In this document: in pieces, positions 24,464 to 32,000 of the stretch | How positions within the stretch are numbered: position 1 is the first letter of the stretch | How the letters are laid out: each line of letters starts with the position of its first letter | Assembly (NCBI RefSeq): GCF_000020385.1 | Contig: NC_010814.1 | Span: 450,001 to 482,000 of the forward strand | From: Trichlorobacter lovleyi SZ | Lineage (GTDB): Bacteria; Desulfobacterota; Desulfuromonadia; Geobacterales; Pseudopelobacteraceae | DNA length: 32,000 nucleotides | Reading direction: 5' to 3' | The notes under the pieces: generated by a model | Told to the model about the DNA's origin: nothing | Seen by the model: only the letters and a program-made list of their open reading frames with translations | The model's database searches: none | Program-made: the position numbers and the translations under genes

Positions 24464-25618
24464 ATGTTAAAACTTATTCTGTCATGCATTGTCACGTTAT
24501 CGCTGGCCGTCGCTACCGTGCCTGCAGAGGCTGCCTTGACGACCTCGCTGCAGGATCTGGTTGTGCAGGGGAATGCGTTACGCTCTTCACTGACAACCAT
24601 TCAGGTCAGTAACGGCGGTGTCTGCGGCCAGCTCGGAACGCTTAATACCTCAATCGAAGACTACCTGTCGGTTGTGCAGGGTGTTTATAACCAGCTTGCC
24701 GCACCGCTGACCCTTACCTCTGCCGATCTGACCTCGCTGGAGGATCTGTCCGGGATCGCCCGTGACCTGGCAGCTGATTCCATCCGTCTGTCTTTGGAGT
24801 TACGCACCGTTGAGGGGGTGGCGGATCTGTTTGAATATCGTTCCGCCCTGAGCGCCATGTTGCGGCTGTCCGATGATATCGGTACGATGGCGGACCGGAT
24901 TCTGGAAATGGCCGACCGGATCCTGGCCATGGCCGATAATATTGGGCTCATGGCGGACCGGATCCTGGCTACGCAGAGGATCCAGGCCGCAAATATCGCC
25001 CTTACCCAGAACGCAATCCTGAGTACCCAAACAAACATGATTGCCCTCAGCAAGAGTCTGTCAACCATCGGCTACAACCTCACGCTGGGGTTGTTGTTGG
25101 CTGATACACAGTTTCAGGTGGCAGAGATGGGGCAGCTCACGCTTGATACATCCAATGCAGCTGCCACCTTGAGCTACCTTGAGACCAAAACGGCGGCACT
25201 CTCAGCACGTGTGCTGGTGGTGTATGACCTGATAACCAAAGACAGCCAGCAGGCAAGCCATTACGTTGATGGCAGCACCCTGACGTACCTTGGTGACCTG
25301 ACCGTGGCTCAAAAGCAGTTTGCGGCTGTACTTGAGACCTATGCCGCCACCATCAGCCAGATTGCGCCGCTAATGCAGACGCCGTTGCTCTCTGATGCCA
25401 CCCGTAGCATGCTCCGGTTGACGGCAGATATTAACACGATGTCCAAGCGGATTGTGGAGATGGGTGACAAGATTATTGTCATGGCAGACAACATCGGCAT
25501 CATGTCGGGCCGGATTGTGGAAACCCAGGTGATTCAGCGTGAAAATGTGGCGCTGACATTGAGTTCTGCCCAGGCAGCCCAGAGTACCATGCTTGCATTG
25601 ATCAAAAACATGAACTGA
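24464..25618 (+). CDS. Secreted heptad-repeat protein A (384 aa precursor), unknown family; internally duplicated module
   Basis: ATG at 24464 and signal peptide MLKLILSCIVTLSLAVATVPAEA|A. There are two copies of a module ending in LRLSDDIGTMADRILEMADRILAMADNIGLMADRILATQ and MLRLTADINTMSKRIVEMGDKIIVMADNIGIMSGRIVETQ. It is clearly paralogous to the downstream gene. The ORF-track start at 24287 lies upstream of the promoter and A/T tract. Confidence 0.85.
   Translation: MLKLILSCIVTLSLAVATVPAEAALTTSLQDLVVQGNALRSSLTTIQVSNGGVCGQLGTLNTSIEDYLSVVQGVYNQLAAPLTLTSADLTSLEDLSGIARDLAADSIRLSLELRTVEGVADLFEYRSALSAMLRLSDDIGTMADRILEMADRILAMADNIGLMADRILATQRIQAANIALTQNAILSTQTNMIALSKSLSTIGYNLTLGLLLADTQFQVAEMGQLTLDTSNAAATLSYLETKTAALSARVLVVYDLITKDSQQASHYVDGSTLTYLGDLTVAQKQFAAVLETYAATISQIAPLMQTPLLSDATRSMLRLTADINTMSKRIVEMGDKIIVMADNIGIMSGRIVETQVIQRENVALTLSSAQAAQSTMLALIKNMN
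24887..24970 (+). repeat. 4 x 21-bp tandem repeat encoding MADRILE/MADRILA/MADNIGL/MADRILA (protein A, block 1)
   Basis: atggcggaccggattctggaa atggccgaccggatcctggcc atggccgataatattgggctc atggcggaccggatcctggct. Confidence 0.95.
25439..25522 (+). repeat. Diverged 4 x 21-bp heptad block (protein A, block 2)
   Basis: Encodes MSKRIVE/MGDKIIV/MADNIGI/MSGRIVE. Confidence 0.85.
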
Positions 25619-25650
25619 TACCAGCCGATAGCGGCATAGGGAGATACAGC

Positions 25651-26823
25651 GTGAAAAATTATCTGAAAAACAGCATACACCTGATTCTGCTGGCTACAGT
25701 CGGCCTGTTTATAGGGGCTGTGCCGGCCCAGGCAGATCTTGCAGAAGATCTGCAGGGATTGATTGTTCAGTCACAGAACCTTGAAGTTCAATTGAAAAAT
25801 ATAACGCTTAATCCTGACTCGGTCTGTGGTCCGCTGGTCGAGGCAAACAAACAGGCCCGTGCCCTGTCTAACAGCGCTGCGGCCCTGAACAGCAGTCTGG
25901 CAGCGCCGTTACAGACGGACGCAGCACTGCTGACAGCCATGGATACCTTGTCCATGACCGTCTTGAATATCTCCAATGAGTCCTTGCGGCTGTCCCTCGA
26001 CCTGAAGGCGCTCAGCACCGTCAGCCGGGCCATCACCCTGAAGGATGGCATGACCGCAACGCTGCAGTTGTCTGATGATATTGGTGCCATGGCCGACCGG
26101 ATTGGCGAGATGTCCGACAAAATTCTGGTGATGTCGGATAATATCGGTGTCATGGCCGACCGTATCCTGGTCAGCCAGCAGTTGCAGAGCCAGAATCTGG
26201 CTCTGACGCAACAGGGGCTGTTGCAGACCCAGACCAACGCATTAACCCTGGTGGGGGTGCTGGAGACGGCGACCAATGACCTGGCACTGAGCAGCCTGAT
26301 TGCGGAGGGGACAGTGCTGACGGCCAAGTTAAGCGCACTTGTGTTGAATCCGTTTACCATGAAGACGCAGATGCAGTATGCGGCTGCCAGCATCCGGACC
26401 TATCTGGACAAGGTCAAGGCGCTCCACACGACCATGCTTTTCCAGGCTGGTACAGGTACCAGCTATCTCAGTACAACGACGCTGCTGAACCAGCAGAACA
26501 TGACTATCATGCTGAGTTCACTGGCGAATGTTCTGGATGGCTACACCATTGCCATCGGCGGGCTGCAGGCGATCACCTCCAAGCCAACCTTGACCGATTC
26601 CATGAAGAGCATGCTGCAGATGTCTGCCGATATCGGCCTGATGGCCAACCGGGTCCTGGAGATGGGTGATGTCATTCTGGCCATGGCTGATAATATCGGT
26701 ATGGTGGCAGATCAGATCCTGGTGGCCCAGCAGCTGCAGAACGCAAACATGGTGGTGACCCAGGCCTCCGTGCTGGGGGCACAGGAGTTTGCCATCGGGG
26801 TATTGAAGCGCCTGGTGAATTAG
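25651..26823 (+). CDS. Secreted heptad-repeat protein B (390 aa precursor), paralogue of protein A
   Basis: GTG at 25651 with AGGGAG upstream and signal peptide ...LILLATVGLFIGAVPAQA|D. Same architecture as protein A:
- a conserved single Cys (SVCGPLV versus GVCGQLG)
- the SLRLSLDLK / SIRLSLELR motif
- blocks LQLSDDIGAMADRIGEMSDKILVMSDNIGVMADRILVSQ and MLQMSADIGLMANRVLEMGDVILAMADNIGMVADQILVAQ. Confidence 0.85.
   Translation: MKNYLKNSIHLILLATVGLFIGAVPAQADLAEDLQGLIVQSQNLEVQLKNITLNPDSVCGPLVEANKQARALSNSAAALNSSLAAPLQTDAALLTAMDTLSMTVLNISNESLRLSLDLKALSTVSRAITLKDGMTATLQLSDDIGAMADRIGEMSDKILVMSDNIGVMADRILVSQQLQSQNLALTQQGLLQTQTNALTLVGVLETATNDLALSSLIAEGTVLTAKLSALVLNPFTMKTQMQYAAASIRTYLDKVKALHTTMLFQAGTGTSYLSTTTLLNQQNMTIMLSSLANVLDGYTIAIGGLQAITSKPTLTDSMKSMLQMSADIGLMANRVLEMGDVILAMADNIGMVADQILVAQQLQNANMVVTQASVLGAQEFAIGVLKRLVN
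26089..26172 (+). repeat. 4 x 21-bp heptad block (protein B, block 1)
   Basis: Encodes MADRIGE/MSDKILV/MSDNIGV/MADRILV. Confidence 0.9.
26641..26724 (+). repeat. 4 x 21-bp heptad block (protein B, block 2)
   Basis: Encodes MANRVLE/MGDVILA/MADNIGM/VADQILV. Confidence 0.85.
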
Positions 26824-27650
26824 GTGATGGGAGGCGTAGCGGAGGGGCAGCAGAGGGTATGCTGCTCAAGGGCACGAATCAGGGCATCCAGGGTTGACTG
26901 TTCCGGTTCCACGGCAACGCTAAGCCCCAGCTCCTGACAGGCCCTGGTTGTTACCGGCCCGATGGAGACCACAGCCAGATCTGCCAGCAATGCCTGCAGC
27001 CGGGTGATGCCGCCCGTCAACTGTGCCAGGTTGCGAACGGTTGAAGGGGAACTGAAGACAACCGCATCAAGCTGGTGCTGTTCCAGGGCCAGACGGGCAG
27101 AGTCAGGCAAACCCTGCGGGATGATGTTGCGGTAGAGCACCGGGTCAATCACCACGGCCCCCCTACTGCGCAGTTGCTGCGGAATCAGGTCGCGGGCACC
27201 ATCTGCCTTGGGAAACAGTACCCGCCGCCCCTGCAGGTCATGTCCGTGAAACGCGGCCACCACTCCTTCTCCGGTGAACTGTTCCGGGATAAGATCAGGT
27301 GTGATACCCAGCTGCGTCAGGGCCTCTGCGGTCTTAGGCCCGACCGCGCAGACCTTACAGCTCTGCAGTCCAGCGGGGGCAAGCCCCAGTTCCTGTAACC
27401 GGCCAAAGAAAAACCTGACCCCGTTTGCCGAGGTCAGGATCAGCCAGTCAAAGCCGGATAAAGCCTGGATGGCAGCATCCACAGCGGTCCAGGCTTCAGG
27501 TGGCACCAGCTGAATGGTAGGGCATTCCACCACCACAGCGCCACGCTGTTGTAACTGCCGGGAGAACCCGGCAGCCTGCTCTGCCGCGCGGGTCACCAGA
27601 ATCCGGCAGCCCCGTAGGGGGCTAGTGGGCAATTTCCCGCTGGTAGACAT
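26820..27650 (-). CDS. hemD: Uroporphyrinogen-III synthase
   Basis: RILVTRAAEQAAGFSRQLQQRGAVVVECPTIQ... is HemD-like and the gene lies downstream of hemC in the hem operon. The start overlaps the hemC 3' end by 29 nt and is uncertain. Confidence 0.85.
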   Translation of the reverse strand: MSTSGKLPTSPLRGCRILVTRAAEQAAGFSRQLQQRGAVVVECPTIQLVPPEAWTAVDAAIQALSGFDWLILTSANGVRFFFGRLQELGLAPAGLQSCKVCAVGPKTAEALTQLGITPDLIPEQFTGEGVVAAFHGHDLQGRRVLFPKADGARDLIPQQLRSRGAVVIDPVLYRNIIPQGLPDSARLALEQHQLDAVVFSSPSTVRNLAQLTGGITRLQALLADLAVVSIGPVTTRACQELGLSVAVEPEQSTLDALIRALEQHTLCCPSATPPIT

Positions 27651-28560
27651 CTTCCAGAATCGCCTTGCCTCCAGCTGCCAGCAACCGGTCGGCCAGTTCT
27701 GTTCCCAGTTTTACCGCATCCGCTGTTGATCCGCTGATGCGGTCCCGTACCGTCTGTTTGCCATCCACCGAGGCGATAAAACCGACCAGGGTCAGGGTGT
27801 CACCGCTCACCGTGCCGTGGGCGGCAATCGGTACCTGGCAACCACCTTCACAGCGTTTGAGCAGCGCCCGTTCTGCGGCCACTGCAGCAGCGGTATCGGC
27901 ATGATTCAGGAAGGCCAGCGCCTCGATGGTGGCGTTGTCATCCAGGCGGCACTCCAGTCCCAGGGCGCCCTGGCCGATGGCCGGGATCGAGAAGTCCGTA
28001 TCCAGCAGCTCGGTCACCACGTCGGTGAAGCCGAGCCGGTTCAGGCCGGCCGCTGCCAGGATCACGGCATCCAGATTGTCTTCCTTCAGCTTGCGAATAC
28101 GGGTCTCAACGTTGCCGCGGATAATCACCATCTCCAGGTCGGGCCGCGCCTTGAGCAGCTGGGCCTGTCTGCGCAGGGCACTGGTGCCTATTCTGGCTCC
28201 CTGGCGCAGTTCGCTGAATGTTACCTTGTCCGAGATAAAGGCGTCACGGGGGTCTTCACGCTTGGTGGTTACCACCAGTCCCAGTCCTTCAGGGAACTCA
28301 GTCGGGACATCCTTCATGCTGTGTACGGCCAGGTCGATCTCACCCCGCAGCATTGCCTCTTCGATCTCTTTGACAAACAGTCCTTTGCCACCAACCTGTG
28401 CCAGTGGGACATCCAGGATCTTGTCTCCCATGGTCTTGATCTTGACCAGTTCAACCTGGATGCCGGGATACCTTGCTTCCAGTTCCGATTTGGTCCAGTT
28501 GGCCTGCCAGAGGGCCAGCTGGCTGGCGCGGGTGCCTATGCGGAGGCGTTTAGGTGCCAT
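27622..28560 (-). CDS. hemC: Hydroxymethylbilane synthase (porphobilinogen deaminase)
   Basis: LRIGTRASQLALWQA and IKTMGDKILD, with the cofactor Cys in EGGCQVPIAAH. AGGAG SD. Confidence 0.95.
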   Translation of the reverse strand: MAPKRLRIGTRASQLALWQANWTKSELEARYPGIQVELVKIKTMGDKILDVPLAQVGGKGLFVKEIEEAMLRGEIDLAVHSMKDVPTEFPEGLGLVVTTKREDPRDAFISDKVTFSELRQGARIGTSALRRQAQLLKARPDLEMVIIRGNVETRIRKLKEDNLDAVILAAAGLNRLGFTDVVTELLDTDFSIPAIGQGALGLECRLDDNATIEALAFLNHADTAAAVAAERALLKRCEGGCQVPIAAHGTVSGDTLTLVGFIASVDGKQTVRDRISGSTADAVKLGTELADRLLAAGGKAILEDVYQREIAH

Positions 28561-28584
28561 GTGTACAATCTCCTTTATCTCCGG

Positions 28585-29889
28585 TTATTCTTCCAATTCA
28601 AGTGATTCATTCGTGTCGGTGCCGCCCAGTTCCAGATCAAACAGCGCTCGCAGGGCATCCAGGTACAGATCGGTGCGATTCCCCTGGCCTGCCTTTTTGA
28701 GTACGGTGGTGGGCTGGTGCAGCAGCTTGTTCATAAAGGCGCTGGTCAGGGCTTCCAGCCGTTTTTCCGCGTCCGGCGGGGCATCCTTCCAGCCGGCCAG
28801 GGTGCGTTCCAGTTCCGCTTTGCGCAGCTCTTCAAAGCGGTTGCGCAGGGCAACGATGGTGGGGGTGACCTCAAGGGTGGCCACCCATTTGTAGAACTGG
28901 ATGATCTCCTCGGCAATGATCGCCTCGGCCTTGTCTGCCTCCTGCTTGCGTCCCTCAAGGTTGGCAGCCACCACCTGCTGCAGGTCATCCATATCATACA
29001 GGTAGACCGCATCCATCTCGTTGACTGCCGGATCGATATCGCGGGGTACGGCAATGTCGATCAGGAACATCGGCCGCATCCTGCGGCGCTTGATCACCTC
29101 TTCCAGGTCAGGCGGTGTGATGATGGCGTGGGGCGCACCGGTGGAGGTCAGGACAATATCCGCCTTGTGCAGATGCAGGAACAGCTCGTCAAACGGGATC
29201 GCCTCGCCGCCGAACTCCTCAGCAAGGCGCTGGGCACGCTCAAAGGTCCGGTTGGTGACCATCACCCCCTTGGCGCCGTTGGTCAGGAAGTGGCGGGCTG
29301 CCAGTTCGCACATCTCGCCGGCACCGATCAACAGCACGGTCTTGTCGGTCAGATTGCCGAAGATCTTGCGGGCCAGCTCAACTGCGGCAAAGGAGACCGA
29401 TACCGCTGACGAGGCGATTCTGGTCTCGGTACGTACCCGCTTGGCAACGGAAAACGCCTTGTGCAGGAAACGGTTCAGGATGATGCCGGAACTCTTGTAC
29501 TCGGCGGCGTAGCCGTAGGAGGTCTTGATCTGTCCCAGGATCTGCGGCTCACCAACCACCATTGAATCCAGTGACGAGGCCACCCTGAAGACGTGGCGGA
29601 TCGCCTCTTCACCATGGTAGCTGTAGAGATGCGGTTCGAGCAGGTCGTGGGCCAGGTGGTGGTACTCGGCCATAAAGCGGCGGATGCGGGCGATGCCGCC
29701 GGCAATGTCGCGGGTGGTGGCGTAGATTTCGACCCGGTTGCAGGTGGAGACGATGATCCCTTCGACAATGCCGTCCAGATTAACCAGCTCGTGCAGGGGC
29801 TTTTCGATGCTGTTGGGTGAGAAGGCGACCTTCTCTCTGATATCAACCGACGCTGTCTTGTGGGACAGGCCGACAACGATGATGTTCAT
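28585..29889 (-). CDS. hemA: Glutamyl-tRNA reductase
   Basis: [20 protein letters not shown], catalytic [15 protein letters not shown] site [11 protein letters not shown]. Confidence 0.95.
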   Translation of the reverse strand: MNIIVVGLSHKTASVDIREKVAFSPNSIEKPLHELVNLDGIVEGIIVSTCNRVEIYATTRDIAGGIARIRRFMAEYHHLAHDLLEPHLYSYHGEEAIRHVFRVASSLDSMVVGEPQILGQIKTSYGYAAEYKSSGIILNRFLHKAFSVAKRVRTETRIASSAVSVSFAAVELARKIFGNLTDKTVLLIGAGEMCELAARHFLTNGAKGVMVTNRTFERAQRLAEEFGGEAIPFDELFLHLHKADIVLTSTGAPHAIITPPDLEEVIKRRRMRPMFLIDIAVPRDIDPAVNEMDAVYLYDMDDLQQVVAANLEGRKQEADKAEAIIAEEIIQFYKWVATLEVTPTIVALRNRFEELRKAELERTLAGWKDAPPDAEKRLEALTSAFMNKLLHQPTTVLKKAGQGNRTDLYLDALRALFDLELGGTDTNESLELEE

Positions 29890-29900
29890 ACGGCCGTCCC

Positions 29901-30716
29901 TTAGGTGTAGCTATGCAGGCCGGGGAGCCAGAGGTTTACCCCGAGGAAGGTAAAGAGCATGACCAGAAAGCCGATGACGGTCAGGATGGCGGCCCGCCTG
30001 CCGCGCCAGCCGGTGGTAAGCCGTCCGTGCAGCAGGGCTGCATAGATAAACCAAGTGATCAGCGACCAGCTCTCTTTAGGGTCCCAGGACCAGTAGCTGC
30101 CCCAGGCCCGGGAGGCCCAGATGGCACCGGTGATGATGGCAACCGTCAGCATCGGGAAGCCGAAGGCAAGACAGCGGTAACCGATCTCGTCCAGTACATC
30201 CAAAGATGGCAGCTTCAGGAAGAGCGGCCCCAGGTGCTTCTTTTTCAGGAAATGGGATTGAATCAGATACAGCAGGGCTACGCCGCCGGAGATAGTAAAG
30301 AAGGCGTAGGCACCAAAGGCCAGGATGGTGTGCGAATAGATCCAGAGCGATTGCAGGGCCGGATTCAGCGGCTTGATTGCGGTTGGCGCGATGCCGGCGC
30401 CAAGGGTCAGCAACAGGGTGAATGGCACCACAAACGAACCCAGGATCCTGACCTTGTAGCGCTGCTCAAAGAAGAGGTAGACCCCTGCGATTGTGAGTGC
30501 AAAGAAGGAGAGTGATTCGTGCATGTTGGTGATCGGCAGGTGCCCGGCAGCGATGAAGCGATGGATAGTGGCCAGGCAGTGGGCCAGAAAACCGGCCAGC
30601 AGCACCCTGCTGCCCAGAATGGACTGGCAGGAGGAGTTGCGTAACAGGCAGCTCAGGTAAAGCAGTGTGGCAACTGCATAGAGCGAGAGGGTCAGGTAAA
30701 AGGATATCTGGGTCAT
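29901..30716 (-). CDS. CcsA/HemX-like cytochrome c assembly (heme-handling) integral membrane protein
   Basis: Polytopic, 271 aa, with the W-rich heme-handling motif [19 protein letters not shown]. It sits upstream of hemA, as hemX does in Bacillus-type hem operons. Confidence 0.85.
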   Translation of the reverse strand: MTQISFYLTLSLYAVATLLYLSCLLRNSSCQSILGSRVLLAGFLAHCLATIHRFIAAGHLPITNMHESLSFFALTIAGVYLFFEQRYKVRILGSFVVPFTLLLTLGAGIAPTAIKPLNPALQSLWIYSHTILAFGAYAFFTISGGVALLYLIQSHFLKKKHLGPLFLKLPSLDVLDEIGYRCLAFGFPMLTVAIITGAIWASRAWGSYWSWDPKESWSLITWFIYAALLHGRLTTGWRGRRAAILTVIGFLVMLFTFLGVNLWLPGLHSYT

Positions 30717-30859
30717 TGGATAGGGTCCAGGGGCCAGAGGCCAGTGTTCAGGATAAAAAATAAACCTGCATAGTGATCGGCAAGGGTGTATTGTACGGGT
30801 CTGCTATTCCCACCGTCAACAGCTTTTCGTTGGTTGATTCTCTCTGTGGGATTTCCTGC

Positions 30860-30887
30860 TTGCATTTTTTCTGAAACACGGTAGTAT
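30860..30887 (+). promoter_or_regulatory. Candidate sigma70 promoter for trxA
   Basis: TTGCAT (30860-30865), 16-nt spacer, TAGTAT (30882-30887). Confidence 0.45.
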
Positions 30888-30903
30888 TCAAAAAGTTGAA
30901 TAC
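30884..30903. promoter_or_regulatory. Perfect 8-4-8 palindrome overlapping the trxA -10/TSS (operator-like)
   Basis: GTATTCAA-aaag-TTGAATAC (30884-30903). Confidence 0.5.
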
Positions 30904-30929
30904 ATTACCGAGACTTAAGGAGGCTCTCC

Positions 30930-31259
30930 ATGGCCAGTGATGCTGTTCTTACCCTGAGCGATGCCAATTTCGACCGTGACGTACTTCAGTCCGACCTGCC
31001 GGTGCTGGTGGACTTCTGGGCTACCTGGTGTGCCCCTTGTAAGGCGATTGCCCCGTTGATTGATGCCGTTGCAGCAGACTATGCCGGTAAGGTAAAGGTT
31101 GGCAAGGTCAACGTTGATGACAACCCGGCCACACCCGGTAAATACGGCGTGCGTGGCATTCCGACCCTGATCCTGTTCAAGGGTGGCAAGGTGGTTGATC
31201 AGGTGGTTGGTGCTGTTCCCAAGTCCCAACTCGATGCCCTGATCGCCAAGGCGCTCTAG
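30930..31259 (+). CDS. trxA: Thioredoxin
   Basis: 109 aa with [17 protein letters not shown] (a CAPC variant of WCGPC) and [11 protein letters not shown] (cis-Pro loop). AAGGAGG SD. Confidence 0.93.
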   Translation: MASDAVLTLSDANFDRDVLQSDLPVLVDFWATWCAPCKAIAPLIDAVAADYAGKVKVGKVNVDDNPATPGKYGVRGIPTLILFKGGKVVDQVVGAVPKSQLDALIAKAL

Positions 31260-31260
31260 G

Positions 31261-31788
31261 ATGCCGTTCGTATCCTTGCAAGGCTGTTTCCGGGCTGTGA
31301 CGCTGATCGTCACAGCCCTTCTGTTAGGCCTCTGTCCTTACAACGCGGAGGCTGCACCACGCCGTGGCCAGCCCGCTCCGCCCTTCAAGACCTTTTCCAT
31401 CAAAGGCCAGCCGGTCTCTACTGAAGGGTTGAAAGGCTCGGTGGTGCTGCTGGATTTCTGGGCTACCTGGTGTCCCCCCTGCCGTGAATCAATCCCGCAT
31501 CTGGCTGAACTGCACCGCAAGTACAGCAAGCAGGGACTGGTCATTATCGGGATGAGTGTGGATGAGGGGGGGGAGCGGACCGTCAAGGAGTACGCGGAAA
31601 ACCATGCCATCCCCTACCAGATCGTGATGGCCAGCGGCAGGATCAGTTCCGACTATGGGGTGCGGGCACTGCCGGTGCTGTACGTGATTGACAAAAACGG
31701 CCTGGTGCGCGAGCAGATCATGGGCTTTTCTGATCAGGCCGGCAAGGTGATCGAAAACCTGGTTAAAAAACTGTTGAACGAAAAGTAG
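31261..31788 (+). CDS. TlpA/ResA-like periplasmic thiol:disulfide oxidoreductase
   Basis: Signal peptide ...LLLGLCPYNAEA|A, LLDFWATWCPPCRESIP (CxxC), and VRALPVLYVIDKNG (cis-Pro region). The start is 1 nt after the trxA stop. Confidence 0.88.
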   Translation: MPFVSLQGCFRAVTLIVTALLLGLCPYNAEAAPRRGQPAPPFKTFSIKGQPVSTEGLKGSVVLLDFWATWCPPCRESIPHLAELHRKYSKQGLVIIGMSVDEGGERTVKEYAENHAIPYQIVMASGRISSDYGVRALPVLYVIDKNGLVREQIMGFSDQAGKVIENLVKKLLNEK

Positions 31789-31810
31789 GGCGAGGCAGCA
31801 GGCCTCGCCC
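31788..31810. terminator. Hairpin terminator between convergent tlpA-like and galU
   Basis: GGGCGAGGC (31788-31796) pairs with GCCTCGCCC (31802-31810). There is a TTTT tract on the minus-strand side. Confidence 0.65.
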
Positions 31811-31818
31811 TTATCAGC

Positions 31819-32000
31819 TTACAAACATCCCAGCCGCTGTTTCAGGTAGGCGGTAAAATCCTCCTTGAACTCATCCCGCTTCAGTGCCAGATCCACCGTT
31901 GCCTTCAGGAACCCCAGCTTGTCCCCGCAGTCATGGCGTAACCCTTCAAACAGACAACCATACACCGCCTCGTCCTGAGACAGCCGTTTGATGGCGTCGG
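31819..32000 (-). CDS. galU: UTP-glucose-1-phosphate uridylyltransferase, C-terminal fragment (5' end outside the window)
   Basis: The minus-strand translation ...DAIKRLSQDEAVYGCLFEGLRHDCGDKLGFLKATVDLALKRDEF...GCL* matches the GalU C-terminal FxGxRYDCGxKxGYLxAxV block. The stop is TAA at 31821-31819. Confidence 0.75.
   Translation of the reverse strand, partial: DAIKRLSQDEAVYGCLFEGLRHDCGDKLGFLKATVDLALKRDEFKEDFTAYLKQRLGCL

Noticed and set aside
24887-24970. 21-bp tandem repeats considered as a CRISPR-like or VNTR array
   Set aside because: The repeats are contiguous with no spacers, are in frame, and encode a conserved heptad motif that recurs in diverged form three more times. This is a coding repeat, not CRISPR.
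24464-26823. Heptad proteins as FlgK/FlgL hook-associated proteins (the expected neighbours of flgM) or as CpxP/Spy LTxxQ proteins
   Set aside because: They have cleavable Sec signal peptides, whereas flagellar axial proteins have none, and they lack the N-terminal axial-protein motifs. The ALTQN/ALTQQ strings do not fit LTxxQ (Q at position +4), and the size and architecture differ from CpxP/Spy.
27817-28894. 262-aa and 322-aa plus-strand ORFs
   Set aside because: They are antisense to hemC and hemA. The 322-aa product is extremely Ser/Arg-rich, which is a frame artefact.
29913-30515. 200-aa plus-strand ORF
   Set aside because: It is antisense to the polytopic CcsA-like gene. Its G/P/D/Q-rich product is the complement-frame artefact of hydrophobic codons.

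Overview
This is a gene-dense bacterial chromosomal window of about 58-60% GC by eye. Protein sequences and operon style suggest a Geobacter/Desulfuromonadota-like deltaproteobacterium, but that is inference I cannot verify here. I found no rRNA, tRNA, CRISPR array, transposase or integrase.

Minus-strand block (11586 to 3627): lipoprotein HtrA protease, a small conserved protein, RluD, PcrA/UvrD helicase, IlvA, a UDP-glucuronate-4-epimerase-like SDR and RfbA. It is followed by a sigma54-promoted gene for a tiny secreted Ala/Pro/Lys-rich peptide.

Plus-strand genes:
- a 2-Cys peroxiredoxin
- a full-length family-B DNA-polymerase homologue whose catalytic motifs all look degenerate
- an XRE-cupin regulator
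- a very tightly packed lon-mlaE-[nucleotidyltransferase + 71-aa ORF]-mlaF-[lipoprotein]-mlaD-M16-M16 array
- an isolated flgM with a good sigma28 promoter
- trxA and a tlpA-like gene

Other housekeeping genes are elbB plus a YbjT-like SDR, the ccsA-like-hemA-hemC-hemD operon, and partial cls and galU genes at the window edges.

The most unusual content is a two-gene operon at 24464-26823. It encodes paralogous Sec-exported proteins, each an internal duplication ending in a 4x heptad M-A-D-R-I-L-x block (21-bp tandem repeats in the DNA). I cannot assign these proteins to any family.

Secondary candidates are the pseudo-polymerase, the two-gene cassette splitting mlaE from mlaF, and the sigma54-driven polycationic peptide.

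All homology calls are by-eye motif recognition and no searches were run.
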